DNA of 64,000 nt from Camelus dromedarius. Its lineage: Eukaryota. The notes beneath the pieces were generated by a model. It was not told the DNA's origin. It ran no database searches and worked only from the letters and a program-made list of their open reading frames with translations. The stretch covers positions 124,001 to 188,000 of the forward strand of contig NC_087436.1 in the NCBI RefSeq assembly GCF_036321535.1, given 5' to 3'. Of the stretch, positions 1 through 14,900 are shown piece after piece (position 1 is the stretch's first letter; each line of letters starts with the position of its first letter). The position numbers and the translations under genes were made by a program.

Positions 1-253
1 CATTTCATGTTCTTTAATAGGTTTCAACAGGTAGTTAATTAGCTGAGTTAATTAACATTTAAGAAATATGATGTTTTGTTGAAAAGACAGTTATAGGCAG
101 AATATAAGTTGTGAACACTTGAAAAACGGTTTCATTACTGAAATTTTAGTAGGGAAGATTTAGTTTATCTTATTTACACCTCTCTTCAAAAGTAACAAAG
201 AAACAAGACAGAAAAAGCAGAGGATGATTTCTGTTCTTCCTCTCGGCTTGCAG

Positions 254-374
254 GTGCCCTCACCTCCAGTGGCATCCATCCAGACACCAGCACTGACACT
301 GGCCGTGCTCAGAACTGCCTCAGCCCTGAAGACACAACTGACAAATAGAAGGGGGCTACGCCCTATGACAGCAG
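254..374 (+). pseudogene. TRAPPC9: TRAPPC9 pseudo-exon A
   Basis: Acceptor ...cttgcag ends at 253. Reads [39 protein letters not shown] with in-frame TAG at 346-348. The expected donor position reads atgctc instead of gt. Confidence 0.9.
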
Positions 375-1039
375 ATGCTCTCACTTTGTGGGTCCTTATG
401 TAACTGCGCGGTGTTATTCAGGATCGCCCGTTCTACACTGTGTGACGCTGCTGCCGTGTCTCCTAGTTATTTCTGTAAGTACTAGTGTAATTTTTTCAAT
501 GTGTGGTACTAGACATCTAAAAATGCTTTTTTCAGATGAAAAATAATGTGTATTTAATATAATAAGTCTGAAAAAAGCGACAAAAGTTTCTATCCTGGTC
601 CCACTACTCAGAGATAATAATTAACACTTTAACATCTATTTTCTGTTCTTTTCATCAGTGTGTATTACGTCTGTCATAAAAACCAGCGAGCACTCTGTGC
701 CTCTTTACTGTGTGGAGACCTCCATTTTCCATTCGGCTTATTACACATTTTTCTACACTATTCTCTCTCCCCTGGCATGATTTTTAATGACCAGTATAGC
801 ATTCTGTCTTGTAGAGGCATCGTCCATTTTACTTCGGACTTAAATAAACTTTTAAATTCCAAGTATATTTAACTGAAATACTGAAAAGAGAACTGTGGTG
901 GTACCGAAAGGCCCCTACATCCCTTCCCCTTTTTTTCCTGAGAGTAAAAACTGCTGACAATGTGGTGTATATATTTCATGACCTTTATGCCTGTCATATA
1001 TATATACACATACATACATGTATATGAGAAATCTATGTA

Positions 1040-2990
1040 TATGTGTGTGTATATATGCTTTATTGAAAAATAAGGCCATACTATATGTTTTGTGCAGCTC
1101 GGTTTATTCACTGAGGTGTATATCATAGACGTCCTCCCACTCCAGACTCATCCGGTCCTTTCAGATAGAGTAGAGGGGTCTCCTGATGTGCAGTAGATTT
1201 GGTCTCTTGTGTAAGGACACCTTTGGTGGGAGAGTAATGTGGACAAGGCCTTGGACCACGCCAAAACGCCTGCCCCTTAGTGCCCACAGCTCGCCTTGAT
1301 TTACCGCATCATTGTCTTGATGGTGGATACTTAAGTTTTCTCCATTTTCCACTGTCAGAAAGGGTGTTTGACTGGCGTCCTTCTTGTACAAACATTCCTG
1401 TGATCTTGTATGAGTATTCCTTTAGTTAAGGTTTCTGGGAATTTAGTCCCTGGATGTGACAATTACATACATCACAGGATCCTTTCAAGTGACTCTAGAA
1501 ATTCCTTCTCCTGCGGGGAATGAAAAGATGTAGAATAACTTATGTAACCAATTCTCTATCGCTGGATATGATTTCACTTCAGCTTTTCTTCCCACCATTG
1601 TAAAAAGTGCTGTGTAAATGCTCTGATGAGTACATCTTTTTGAACTGATTTTTTTTCTAAACGAAATGATTCCTAAAATGGAGTTCAGTCTGTGTGTACA
1701 CACATTTTTCAGAGTTTACATATCCATTGACACGTCGTCCTCCAAAAAGATCGCTCAGTTTGTTCTCTCAAAGATGGACACTACCTAGAATATTTTTTAA
1801 AAACATTTGCCAATATGATGAGCAAAATTGCTTTTTCATTGTTTTAGTTTGCACTTGATGACCAGTGAGGTATTGAGCATTTTTCACTCATTAGCCATCT
1901 GACTTTTAAAAGGTGAATCATCCCTTTTGTCCTTTGCACACATTTAAGTGAGGGAGCTTCTTGTTGCTTTGTGACAGCTCTTTGTATGTTATGAACATTA
2001 ACCCCTTGTCTTCATTAACATGTATCACAGAGCTTTTTCTTGTCATTTCTTGCCTTTCATTCTGTTCAGTAGGTTTATTTTTGTTGTGGCCGAAAATAAT
2101 CTTAAGACAGTAAATGTCTTCTTTTTGGGTTTTATCCTTGATAGTATTCTTAGAAATACTTTCTTATAATGGTATATATCTCCTCTGTAGGATTTTTTAA
2201 TCTCTATGATGGAGATGATAATACTACTTGTTATAGTGAGGAGAAGTTGAATTACTATGAGCAAAGAGTTGTATTTGCTGTTATTAGTACTTTCTAATAT
2301 TTACATCACTATTTGTAATTTTTCTTGTGGTCATTATGACTGGAATAGAATTTGTTTTTTCCAGGTGATTCTCTGATTGTCCCAAGACAATTATTGAATT
2401 CATACTTTGCTCTTTGATTTGAAATCCCACCTGTACAAAATATTTATGTACACTAGAGTCTCTTTTTGAGCTCATGGTTTATTTCTGTCAGTCTTACTTT
2501 CTTACTCCAGTGCTATATCTTACATATTGTAAAAATTTATTTAATATATGACACTGCGATTTTTTTATTCTTTTTTCCATCCCCAATTTTCTTGTCTAGT
2601 ATTATGACTTTATTATTCCTGAAGAGTTCCAAAATATTTTGCTCAAGTTAAAAAAAAACAGATAAGAGCTGTCATGGGATTTTTAAGTAAGTTTTGAATT
2701 ATCTTTAGGAGAACGTTCATCTTTACAAAACTGCTTTCCTCCATACAATATGTTGATGTCTTTGCATTCACACTTCTTACTTTACCCCTCAGTACAGTCC
2801 TGTGTTTCTCCATGTACAACATGGGCATTGTTTTTGAGTTTATTCCAGATTATTGTTGATGTTTTTGTTAATTTTGTAAGTGAGAATTTTTGCTATTATA
2901 TTTTTTAACTGTTAAAACTGACACCTAGGAAGGCAGATTCAATTTGTAAATACTCACTTTGTAACTTGTCATTTAAAATTGTAAGTATTA
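1040..2990 (-). mobile_element. Ancient, highly diverged L1 (L1M-type) fragments
   Basis: T-rich antisense L1-like tracts (e.g. attgagcatttttcactcattagccatc; ttatctttaggagaacgttcatctttacaa). Boundaries approximate. Confidence 0.55.
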
Positions 2991-5325
2991 AGTACTTGTT
3001 ACAGAATACTTTCTTTTCTGTTTTTAAAAATTTGTTTCCAAGATTCTCAAAATGGTCATAGCTAAGTAGTATAGGTGGGGAGACAGATGGAGAGAGGTAG
3101 TGTGGCTCATGTACAAACTGTGAGCACTTTCATGGCTGCCTTTATGCTGGAAAAGCCACTGAAGAGCCCAGGTAAGTCCAGGGGTGGCTTTGTATGCACT
3201 TGAAAGCCAGCTTTCCTGTCTGTATGGAGAAGCCTGGTGAGTGAGGCAGGTATATGATCAAGGTCGAATGGAGGTTATTGGCTGCACAGAGCACTGTGTC
3301 TGTGAGAACAGCAGACCATAGCCATGGGAAATGCTTGGTGCCAGGAACAATGCAGGGAGCTGGGAAGCCTGTCTGTTAAGGATTTTCCAGCCCTGGGAGT
3401 GGGAAGATCAGACTCTCCATTCAGATCTGAGTTTGAATTCATCCTCTTTAGTTTACTGGTCCTCTGACTTTTCTCAAGTTATACATCCTCTTTGAACTCC
3501 TGTTTTCTTGTCTCTCAAAACAGGAGAATTACGGCCTGCTGCTAGAGTGTTTGATCAGGGTAAATAATTCGTGTCTATAAGATGCCATGTACAGTCACAA
3601 TCTCAGTGAGAAATGGGCTGTCGCCTCTTCTTCTGCACTCAGTGCTTGACGAGACATGGGGGAAAATCAGTCCCTAATTTGTGTGTGATGCAAGTAGGAA
3701 AAAAATTAAAGTCTTGCCTTTCCCTAGTAGTATTCTTACTCCTTTGCTTCATTTACTTCTTTCCTCCTTTCCTTTCCCCTTTCCCCTCCTCCATCAAAAC
3801 TCTCTCAGAACACGAGATTCAAGTTACTTTAAAGGTTGGCTCATCCTCATGAAATGACAGTAACATAAAAAAAATCTGTACACATCCCAGAATGCATTGT
3901 ATTTGATTTACACACACACACACGTGCACACAAACACACACACAATCAGGCTACCTCCCACTTGCAGAGGGAGAAGGAGCACTTTTTCTGAGTTTTCATT
4001 CACTGAGCGTGAGAACAAAGTCTCTTACGCAGACTTTCACCAGCCTTCGTGCATGTTGTTTTTAATTGGATTTCTGCTTTTTGGCCATAGATATAGTATC
4101 CTAATAGAAGAGAGAAAGTGAAGACATAGACAATCTGCTGAGATATTGGTGTCATCATATTTGAGTTGGAAATGGCTTAAGACAGCATAGAGTCATAAAT
4201 TTTTATGGGTGAGAATCCATGATGGTGTAACTTGGACAAGAACCTGGGTCTTCTGCCATCTTGTCCATGTGGGTGAAGAGGCAACTGGGTGGGGGATGGC
4301 AGGGATCTTTCTTGCTTGAGTTCCATGGTCTTGCTAGTTTTCATTGCTAAGCTGCCTTTAGTTTATGTCCATGAGGCCTCTCATGGGAAGGTCACTCTGT
4401 CCTGATAGATTGTTTCTTATCAGCAAAAAGCTCTGGACCCACTCATATTTCCCAGAGTTTTCTGCTGACCTGTTGACACTTTATATAAATGAGACCTAAG
4501 AAACTACTGAATATAAAATCCTTATTGTTATCGTTTGCCCTCGAGTTCCATAGGAATGGGGTGCTGTCTCAGGCTGTCTAAAGCTAGATCTGAACAAAGA
4601 TAGGGTGATAGGCTGTGCTGCTGGACCTCCACAGTCGAAGGGGATTTCCACCTTAGTTTTTAGAATCAGGAAGATGAGTTCAAATATTGCTTTTACCAGT
4701 AATTATCTTTGTGACTTGGGGGAGAAACTGTACTTTTTGTGTCCAATTTTCTTTGTAAATAAGTTCAGTATTTATTTTAAGGTTTCTGTTTTAGAATTGA
4801 AAGAGCTAATTCCCTCATTTATACCTAAAATAGTGATCGCGTGGTTCTATGCTGGTGCCTTGGAGGTTGATTACTCTGGGACTCGGCAGTGAGAATGGGG
4901 GTGGTGGACCCCTGGATAATAGAGCTTATATTCCAGAATATGCTTGTAAAAGACTGGATGTGCAGTGGATTTTTAGTAAATATCCACTCCTTTCCTACTC
5001 TGCTTTGATTGTGTATATATCTTTATACTAATATATGAACAATTTTTATTGCAATTTAAATATCTTTGTAGTATTTACAATATGTAGCTATAACAAATAG
5101 GTGAAATAAAATGATTTGACTTTTATTTTCTTTTCAATAAGCAAAACAAAATAAAATAGAAAAGAACAAAGTTTTGAAGGAGAAGAAATAATTTTATTTC
5201 CATGGAATCAATTCCGTATAATAGGTTTTTTGGTCGTGTTGTTAAACAGCATATAAAATTGATTGGTTGTGACATACTGGAAATGAGGAAACAGTGGAGA
5301 CATACTACCTCTAATGCAGTCATTT

Positions 5326-5861
5326 ATTTACCAAGTCCAAACTCGTTCTGCTTGCTGCATGACAGGCCAATAAATCGGGAGAGGAGCTTTTGGAGTAAGG
5401 AATAGTGACTTTATTTGAAAAGCTGGCAGACTCAGAAGATGGCATACTGATATCCAGGAGAACTCTCTTCCCCAAGTCAGAATTCAGTCTCCTTTTATAC
5501 TAAAAAGTGGTGGGGGTGTGGTTGGTTGTTGCAAACTTCTTGCTGTACGAATTGATTTCCTTGGAATCCTTTGTTCTTGCAGCTGTCCATGTGGGTCAAA
5601 TCATGGCACCCCTGTAAAACCTCAAAAAAACAAAGTTTATTCTTTATTTTGCAACTTGCCATCTCTACATAAGTGTAGAAGAGCTAACATCCTTAAAGAT
5701 CAGAGCCCGCAGAATAGGCCCTCCTGGATATTTCAGGCTAAAGGCAACTTTCTTTTACAAAAGGTGCAGAGATAACAAGTCTTAGCCTAGAAAACAGGGT
5801 ACAGGTTTAAAGACAAACGAACACATCTAACATGGAGTCAAATTTGTTCTTTTCTATTACA
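5326..5861 (-). mobile_element. Solo LTR (ERV1-like), same family as 57911-58434
   Basis: Ends ...ctattaca on +; flanked by ATTT (5322-5325 and 5862-5865). Extensive reverse-complement similarity to 57911-58434 (compare ORFs 5518..5775 and 57986..58228). Confidence 0.85.
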
Positions 5862-7025
5862 ATTTCTTTTTCCACCTCATAGATAATTTTAGTAAGAAAC
5901 ATGAGCAATTTTTTTACTTTTGCTTCTTAATAACGGATAAGTGGCCCAACTAAATTTTGTGAACAGGGATGCTGTGCGGGCATAGGGGTCACAGCAAATT
6001 CTTGTTGGGGGTGGTCGACCCTGCAACATGTCTGATGCCCTGTGAGTGTTGGTGAGAGTCCCCCTAACCAGGGGCTCTCTTCAGGAACCACCATGTGGGC
6101 ATTGACCTCTGGAGACTTCTTTTTCAGCTGTAGGAAATTTTTTTAGATGCTGTGATGAAAAAATCACTCCAGCTGGGGATAATCAGGGAATAAAGGAAGG
6201 GGAAAAGGGCTTGGAGTAGTGTAGAAGAGAAGGACAGAAGATCAGGGAGCCTGGGGGCTTGGGGGCGGGGCCTCGGGAGAGAGAGTAGCAGAGGTGGGGA
6301 GGGTCCCGGCTCCAGAACCAGCTCCTGCACCTTTCCCTGCACCCAAGCCTCACAGCTTTTAATTGGGCCCAAGACTCTTTCCTGTCTGGATGTCACCCTG
6401 GGCAGAACGTTGAGAATCGAAGGTAAGGGGTGGGCAGCACTCACCTAGGGGGTCACTGAGGACTTTGGTCAAGTCCACAGTGCCTTTTCTAGTCATGTGT
6501 CTTCACCTGTTCTTTATCTCAGGATCTGAGAAGCAGGAGCAAGGAACTCAGGGAGAGATCCAGGAAGACATCTGACTCTGTTAAGAGACGACAGTCACAG
6601 CGACACGGGGAGCGAGGACACTTGCAGCAAAGTAAAATGACTTCACAACTATTGCATCAGAGCTGCAGGTGTGAGAGAGCCTAAGCCTGTCTCAGAGTGC
6701 AGGGGACAAGAGGAAAGGAATGGTAAAATTAACACTGACAATTGAAATTTTGTTAAATAGCCTGCTAATATTAATTGTATCAAATGAATGTATGCAGGTG
6801 TATTTCTATGATCATTTATAGTTACACACAACCCCACCAGCCCCTCTTTCTCCCATCGGGGATGGGCTTTCTCAAGCACAGTGCCCCTCCTGGTTGAGTG
6901 GGCCACGCTGCGGGTCCTCGCCTGGGGCCAGGCTGCTGCAGGACACTGAGTCCCCTAGGCACGGCCTGGGAGAAATGACAGGAACATCTCTGCTCATAAC
7001 TGAGAGCCTCCGTTTCCCCCTGCAG

Positions 7026-7152
7026 TGTAAGAATGCCGGTGACTCAGTTAGAAGCATGCATCCAACCCGTCCTTCCGAGTCATCACCATCTAGAATCGGT
7101 GCCTGAATCTTCTGAATTTCTCCAGAATGTGGTTTAAAATCACCTTCGACAA
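7026..7152 (+). pseudogene. TRAPPC9: TRAPPC9 pseudo-exon B
   Basis: Acceptor tttccccctgcag ends at 7025. Reads CKNAG/VTQLEACIQPV...ITI*NRCL/SSEFLQNVV*NHLRQ with frameshifts, TAG at 7091-7093 and TAA at 7135-7137. Donor reads ttgagt (7153-7158) instead of gtgagt. Confidence 0.88.
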
Positions 7153-7699
7153 TTGAGTGTGTGTCCTCTTACAAGTGGAAGAATTGCTGCCGTTTCCCTG
7201 GAACTTACTCACCACTAGTCCATCTGATTTTTCTGTGCTAGGATTCAGTATGGCATGCTAAAAATTCTGCAGTCAGATCTTGAAACACTGATGAAGAGGA
7301 TTATTTATTTTATTTCTTTATATGATAGTGTTTTACTTTCAAAATTCAGAGTTTTCGGTTCTTTCAAAAAATTTTTGGGGGGTTGGAGAAACAACTTTAC
7401 TCTTACCATCTCTGTGACCTGTTGCTTTGTGCCTCTCACCTGTCTTCTGTCACTTGTGAGGTGGTTCCATTTGTGACCCTGTCAGGGTTGTTCATGTTAT
7501 AAAACATACAGTCTGTTAAAGTACAGTCCCTTTTACTCCGAAGACATTCCACAAATACTCCTTAAATCTGGGTGTGGTTTTAAGAAGACAGAATCATTAG
7601 AACATGTACTTGCAGGTTGCTAGTGCAAAATCCCCAAATCAATAGTCTAGCTCAACATCTAAAATCTTTCTAATCTACCTTGGGTTTGTATGGATAAGT

Positions 7700-8310
7700 G
7701 AAGCAGTTTGCTAAGAACTCAAGACCAGGGTTAGAATACAGGCTGGTGTAGCTCAGCAGGTCCTCCCAAGCTGATGCTCTGCCAGAGGGAGGGGCCGAGG
7801 GGAGAGGGCGTGTCCTGCCCTCCCTGAGCTGACAATTTGATGGCAAAGATCTTTACCAGGTGAAGAACTGGGAGTTTCTTCTAAGAAGAGTTGGTTTGAA
7901 AAGAGTCCTAAAACCGCGGGAGTGACACAATCCCTTTTGTCTCAAGTACGTGAGAGCGGCTGTGGGGACACTTGGGAGACTCGTGAGTCCAGGTGTGCAG
8001 TGTTGGTGGCTTCCACTTGAGCGGTGGGACGGTCAGTGGGTAAAAGCGAACAGATTGAAGGCATGTTTAGATGGTAAAAATGAAAGGATGATTGCTGTCT
8101 GTGAAGGTAGGATGGAGGAAGGCCCAGGTTTCTGGGTGGATTAATGAGGTAAGTGATAGTCCTGCTGTGCTCTGAGGAGGGAAAGCTGCAGAGGGAGCTC
8201 TGGGGGAAAACTGATGAGTTCAGCTGTGGGTGAAGTGAAAGGCTGTTAGATGTGTGGACTGGGAGATCTGGTGAGAGCAGGTACTGAGTAGGAGGAGGGG
8301 AGAGAGACCT
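7700..8310 (+). mobile_element. L2 LINE remnant
   Basis: Purine-rich L2-like 3' sequence (ggcccaggtttctgg...gatgagttcagctgtgg...gttagatgtgtggactgg). Approximate. Confidence 0.5.
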
Positions 8311-10395
8311 TCAAATCATTTTGTCTTGTGAACATACAAATAAGTATGAGTAATGACACACAACACCTCTATATTCTGGATTAAAACCCAGTAACATTTT
8401 TCTATATTGACTGCAGAGGTTCTTAATTATTTTTTAATAGAAATTAAAAAAATAGAAACAAAATAGTGAAGTTAATGAACATCTTAGAGTTGATGTGTGT
8501 CCTTGTATGTATTTTGATACCTCATCTGTTTATAACCATAATCTACAAAAAGTTAGCTTGTTTAGCATAAGAGTTAAACAGAGGGACGTGAAACACACTG
8601 TTGGGGGTTGAGGCTGATCACCTTGGGCAAACTATGTCGCCTCTCTGTCCCTTAGTTGCTTCTTCTATGACTGCCTCCAGGCCCCTCATCACAGCTCATT
8701 TCCTAGACTAGATGTTGGGAGGGAGGCTGCTGAAGTGGCTAAGAAGTGGTAACTGCTTGGGATACTGAAGAGAGAGACAAAAACAGATTAAAGCCGAGAA
8801 ACTGAGTACAAATACCCTCAAAAAAGGAAAAAAAAATCACACAGTGTTTTGAGCCACTTAGCGTAAGGGAAACAAAATCACGTGGACCCAATTTTCTTGA
8901 GCATATGAGTATAGTGGGTGGAAGGGTGTCATCAGAAAATTGTTGAGAAAAGGCCTTTTGGTTTCCCTTGACGTTTGCAGTAAGGATGGGAGCTGAAGCG
9001 AAAACCCACTGTTCACTGTTGAAGGTGCTCTTTTTTGCAAAACTGACCAAAGGTTGGAGACAAGTCATCAGCGGTGCCGGCAAATGAAGAGACTTCTGGA
9101 TTGGGTGGGGCACTTGCTGTGACTTCCAGGTGGCCTGCTGGCTGGGGGCTGTGAGGTGGGCAGTAGGTTTGCAGGGTGACCCGGGCATAATTCCTGGCTC
9201 TGAGGCTGCTGGTCTGACTAGCAGACCTGAGCACCCGCAGACCTAATGGGGCAGCTCGGGATGTGGCCTGGGACACCTGCCATTCTGAGGGCAAGAAGAG
9301 GGCTCCCATGAGGGGGTGTCCCTGCGGAGAGTGGAAAAGTCCTCCTGCAGGGGAAGAAGTGCCTCTGAGCATGGGGAAGGATGCACAGGCAAGACCAGCC
9401 TGAGCATGGAGGTTTTGGGAAGCCGGAAGTCATAAAGTGGCCCAAGCAGCCTTGTTCCTGCGAGATTGGAAGGAAAAGATGCTGAAAAGGCAGGCTAGGG
9501 TCAGACCGTGTTGTGGGTTATGAGTGACAGTAAAGGACTGGTCAGGCAGGCACGATAGAACCCTGTGGACGTCCCAGCTGGGGCATCACGCCAGAGGGAG
9601 GAGCAGAGGTATGGACTTTGCCACTTATTAGCTGTGTGACTTTGAACAATATCACCCCACCCCTCTCTATATATATCTTCATCTGTAAAGTGACACAGCT
9701 CGTGTCATCAGAAGGCTTAGTTTAGCTCTGATCCTTTTGTCCAGTCCTGTCAGTGCTGCCCTGCAAGGTTCTGCAGCAGCTGCTCTTACCCTGAGAAGGG
9801 AGGGCGTAGAGGGACATTGTAGTGCCCGAGGGCAGGAAGGGGTTGCTTTAAAAGCAGACATGTAGCCGCCTGCAGCTGCAGGCCTGCAGGCAGTTTGGTT
9901 GATGGTCCTGGAGAGGACTTTGGAGGCCATAGCATCATCTTAAAACTTGTTTTCCCTTGGGGACCGGATTTGCCTTTGCAGATTAATGTTGAAGATTTGG
10001 GCTTCTGGCAAAGCTGTTTTCAGAGATGAGTATATACATAACATATAGTATAAAATAAAATGCTTTTATTTAATCTGTGGGACTTTGTAGCTGTTTGGAG
10101 CAGTTCTGTTGGCCTGGTCTCCACGGAGGACACTAGGGGTCAGCAGAGCGTGCGGGAGGGCAGGCCGACCGCTGTGCTTCTGCGGGGGTTTCTCCCCAGC
10201 ATGGAGCTCTGTTAAGTTGAATCTTCTCTGAGTTTGGTTGCCAAGCGTGCAGACAGCAAATTAATGAGTTCTGGTGGGATTGTATAATGACAGGAAGAAA
10301 GAGGAAACCGTAGTTTTTCGGGACTAGAACATGCTTTTGGTTCCTGATTCAGTGTGTTCCATTACAGAATTGATGAGTTGTGTCTATTCTGGGAC

Positions 10396-10883
10396 TTCAT
10401 TGAAATAATCGTTCAGCCTAAAATTTAAGAGTTATGTTTTATTTGGCGGGAGGGCTCGAGCCTGGATGACAGCCTCTCAGATCTCTGAGGGACTGCTCCC
10501 AAGAGGTAGGGGAGGAGCTTGGATAAATAGGAGCTTTACAACAAAGACCAGGTACTTGGAACAATAAAAGATTGCTTGTTATCTAAAGAAAGACAGGTAT
10601 CTCAAGTTCAAGTATTTAGTGCTTTTCTATGTATGGGATGAAGCAAATATATGGGTTATTGAATTCATTCCTTTGGCAAGCACCTAGCTATCTAGGGACA
10701 GTATCCTGTCCTTTCTTATTCTGAGTCTGCTCAGAGGGCACCACTGTGAGTGGCTGAAAGGCTGGGTTTCAGGCATATCCTCGCTGGGGTGTGGCAGCAT
10801 CTGCTGAGGGCTTGGTCTCAGCATTCTTTGTTTACTGACATGGTTGCAGTATTTTCACTCACATTGTAGTATTTTCATTCACA
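10396..10883 (-). repeat. 3' LTR of provirus
   Basis: Aligns along its length with 17071-17563; begins TGTGAATGAAAATAC on - directly after a purine tract. Confidence 0.9.
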
Positions 10884-11778
10884 GTGCTCCCCCTTGGTCC
10901 TAAATTCGACCTATATTTTGAGAGACATTTCATGACCAATTTTGTCCCACGGTGCTAGGATGGCTCATTCCTATTTCAGGTGAAGAATTTTCTGAGCTGC
11001 CATTCAAGGTGTTAGGTTTTTTTTCAGGGCCTGTTGATACTAAAAGTTTTCTGGATCGCCTGTCTTACTAGTCTATTATGATCCAGGAAATGTTTGCCCT
11101 TCGTTGCTCATTACCATACCTAGAATCACACTATTACATTTATTTTATGCAGGGTTAAAAATTTTATCTATTTCTTCAGGATGTTTAGCCATCATCAATC
11201 TTGTAGGCCTAGTTACACGTTGGGAAATGTAACAGACAACAATTTAATAAAATAGAGATCATATAACTAATATAGCTAGTAACGTTTTAAAGTCACGAGT
11301 AAGAATTTAATAGTAGAGAAGTTGTATATTTGGGTTAAAATTTTGCTTGTATTTCTGATTGAGTTTGAGTGATCTTATGAGAAAGTTCATATTTATGGTC
11401 AGGCTCCGAGCAGGTATTAATTGGCCAGGTGAGTTCTCCCACGTTGTAAGATCAACAGTGGCCTAAACAGAACTATAAATTATTTTTAGAATAACGTTTC
11501 TGAGGGCTATCTAGTTAGAGCCTTGGAGTAGGGAAACCCACCAAGGTAACACAGAAGTACTAGACATAGGTAATTTACCATAAACTTAACAATTGGAGTA
11601 GTTCATAATCAAAGGTAGGAGAAATTGTCAAAGTAATTGGTATACAAGCCTGGTCCGTTGTCTTGGGTCAGCTGTCGAGCTCAGATGTCGTCTTCTTCTC
11701 ATCCTGGCCTGGTAGCTTTTTCACCATTTTGGCATTGTTTTCAGGTGAGCAAGTGCTCTATAGGCCAGTGCACTGAAG

Positions 11779-11929
11779 GGGCTGTTTCTGATAGGAAATG
11801 AATCCGAAATTCCGTTTCCTTCAGCTTTTGTGTGTATGGTCTAGTTAAGAGTACTTGATAAAAGGTCTTTCCATTCAGGTTGGAGACAGTTCTTTAAGTC
11901 ATGCATGTTCCAGTATGTATAATCCCCTG
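11779..11929 (-). pseudogene. Degenerate retroviral integrase C-terminus (pol relic)
   Basis: Minus strand reads PGDYTYWNMHDLKNCLQPEWKD/YQVLLT...KLKETEFRIH, resembling the ERV1 motif PGD.VYWK...LQPRWKGPYQVLLT...KL.G...WIH. Frameshifted. Confidence 0.7.
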
Positions 11930-14900
11930 GCTTAGGTCATGGAGCATTGGAAATTTACACAAGGATAGATTACTGAGCTTCGGAAACAAACCTAGAGTAT
12001 CCTTTTCATAATTAAATTAAACTGTACAGCAATATGACATAAAAGCAAGGAATGATCTGGGAAGTGTCTTAGTAAATATAGACCTCAATTAACAAAACTA
12101 GAACTTAATATCCAGTAAAATATAATATTTTTTCTCTCTAAAATTACCCTCATTTTTCTCAAATAAAGCCAAATCAAGATTAATTTCTTTACAAGTCAAG
12201 TCTGATTATTTGATCATATAGGCTTTTTTAAATTGGCTGTGTTGGAACTTTTAATAAGGAGTCTCAGGGTAGAATGTTAATAAGATTTGCTAAGGCCTGG
12301 AAAGCCACGTCAATGGCTTGTCATTGATTTCTGCCTTATAGATTTAGGTAAATTCTTTTCTCTTTAAAATTCTTAAAATACCTTTAGATTCTTATATCTG
12401 TTAGGAGATGATCTTCCTCATTTGTCTGATTGAGCCATTGGGGACCTAAGAGTTTTTAGTCTCTTGAAGGATCAGATAGGGAGAAAAGATAACTGTATCA
12501 AGTCTGCTTACATAGGTATAATTTATCAAATTTCTGTGATTTATAACTAGCTTAAAAGGAAGAGTTTATGTCTGGGAAACAGGTTAAAAGCCAGTAGTAG
12601 TTCAAACAACATCAAAAATTATAACCATATTCATCAGTTTACTTAGTCCCACATAACTAATTCTTTTAATCAGAGTTTTCATTAGATATTTAAAATTTCT
12701 TACCCAGTTTAGTTCAGTGCTATAGTTTGACATTTATTAGAAATCAGTAAATCTCCTTGAAGAGAAAGCATTTTCAAAATCATTAGATGAAAACAATTAA
12801 AAGTCTATAAAAGACAAAGATTTAAAAGCATGCTTAAACACCGTTATAGTATAATCGATAAAGAAACCTGGTCACTATACCCAGAATTATCACTGGTAAC
12901 ATTTCAGATATACCAGAATTTTAGGGAGACCATATAATTACTAGAATATCTATATTAATAATATTTTCTCATACAATATAACCTTAGAAGATTTATTATT
13001 CATTTGACAATATCATGTTATTTAACATGCCAATTGAAACTTACTGTTTTAAAATCTCTCTTTGGGATGTTTCAGGGGCCATCTGTAACTTCCCAAACTT
13101 AACTGGAGATTAAAAGAACTTTAATTAGAAATTGATATCTGGGGATCTTTTTAAAAGATTTCAGAACACTTGGTCAGATAAACATATAGGTCACTGTAAA
13201 GCAGTACTTATTCATTAACAAGAAAATACGTCAAAGGTAAAGGCAGAACAGATCAGTTAAGTGGTATAAGAAGGTTTACAATCTGTTGCTGAAGATGGAT
13301 TAACATTTCAAAAAACAAGTTTCCTCTTAACAGCGAGAAAACCAAATCTAGTCTTGTACCAACTTACTTCTAAGATTCATTTACTTTGCCCAAGTTGATT
13401 CTAAATTTAGCCAATTCCGACAACGTACGAAACTCTTTCCTTAGGGTACCTCTTCCACAAGCCTTCCACAGCTTTCTATTCTCATATTAGTGTGTCCCTT
13501 ATTTTCTCTTCCATTCAGAAATAACCAGCTTCAGGACAAAGTCACTATTTTTCATTAACAAAATATAATTCCATTCTTATATCTTCCTTTACACATTTAT
13601 CTTACTTTCCTAGGATACTGAGATCATTCCCTTAAAAATAGAGTCTATTTCAGGGTGGCACCAACCATTTATTAATATATCTAAACACCTTTAGTTTCTC
13701 TGTAAGAGTAAGTTAAATGTTAAGTAATTCATATTTCAATCTTATTTTATCTGAAAATGGCATAGCTATTAAATAAAATCCTATCATTTAACTTAATTTA
13801 GCACAACTCTAGAATTTAAAGATACCAAACATTTAGAGATTATGTTAAGCATACATTTTAAAAATATATTTTAAAAATTTACCCAAAGCTCTCATCTCAT
13901 TTGCATTCAATTTACTTAAAATTTTACCACACCACATTACTGTTATTTTTTTCTTGACAAATCTTCACCAGATATAACAGAATCTTATTTGACTTTCATT
14001 AAACCTAGGTACAGTAAAGGTATTATTCTTAATATTGATGACTTTAAAGATGTCTATATTAATTAGAACATACTTAAACTAAACAATATCAAATATTATC
14101 TTAATATTGAATTTTTCCAGTTCACGTGATGCTGAAAGTCAATTTTTTCAGTTTTTATTTTAAAAATACTTAATTTGTAAGCTCTTATTTTTTACGTCAA
14201 TTAAGCAGAGCTCTTTGACTTTGATGTTTTTTTTTTAGCTGTATAAATATCTCACATCTGTAATGTGTGCGCAGGTTTATAAACAGACAAAAGCTAGAGA
14301 TCTCATAGCTTCACTTTAAAAGTTACTTATAAGATAGGTATAATAATAGTTCTAGTAAGCTGAATTTGCTTGCTCAAATCACTAAGGCTTACTATTTATG
14401 AAACAGATATTTAAGATTTCTTGACAAAGTCTGAAGGACCCGTCAGAGTTCTGAGTTCTAAAATGCCAAAAATTTCTTGGCCCTAAGTTTTATCTCATTG
14501 AGCTAATTAGGCTCAGTCCTAGGTCACTGTTTCTGTATTTACATTTCTGGTCTGCAAGACAAAGACACACGCTTCCAGTTCCCCAGAGAACTGCTCTGTC
14601 ACCCAGACCCAATTGTATCTCCTTAATTGGCATTTTTTTATCAATCAGGAGAGCTGTAAACAAAGAATTCAATGTTTTAAAACTTTAAGGTTTACTTTAT
14701 CATGTCTTCCAAAGCTTGCATAAGGTATTTAGTGATGTCTTTTTTTCCTTGAGTTATAAGTTAAACCCAGGGTAAACCTCTTATTATATTTTTTTTATTA
14801 GCCACTGTATATTAGTTTTTAGTTCTACGTTATATTGGATGGCTCATGTAACTCTATTTGTTTCCTTTACTTTGTTCAATTAATATTTTCTGAGGGACAG

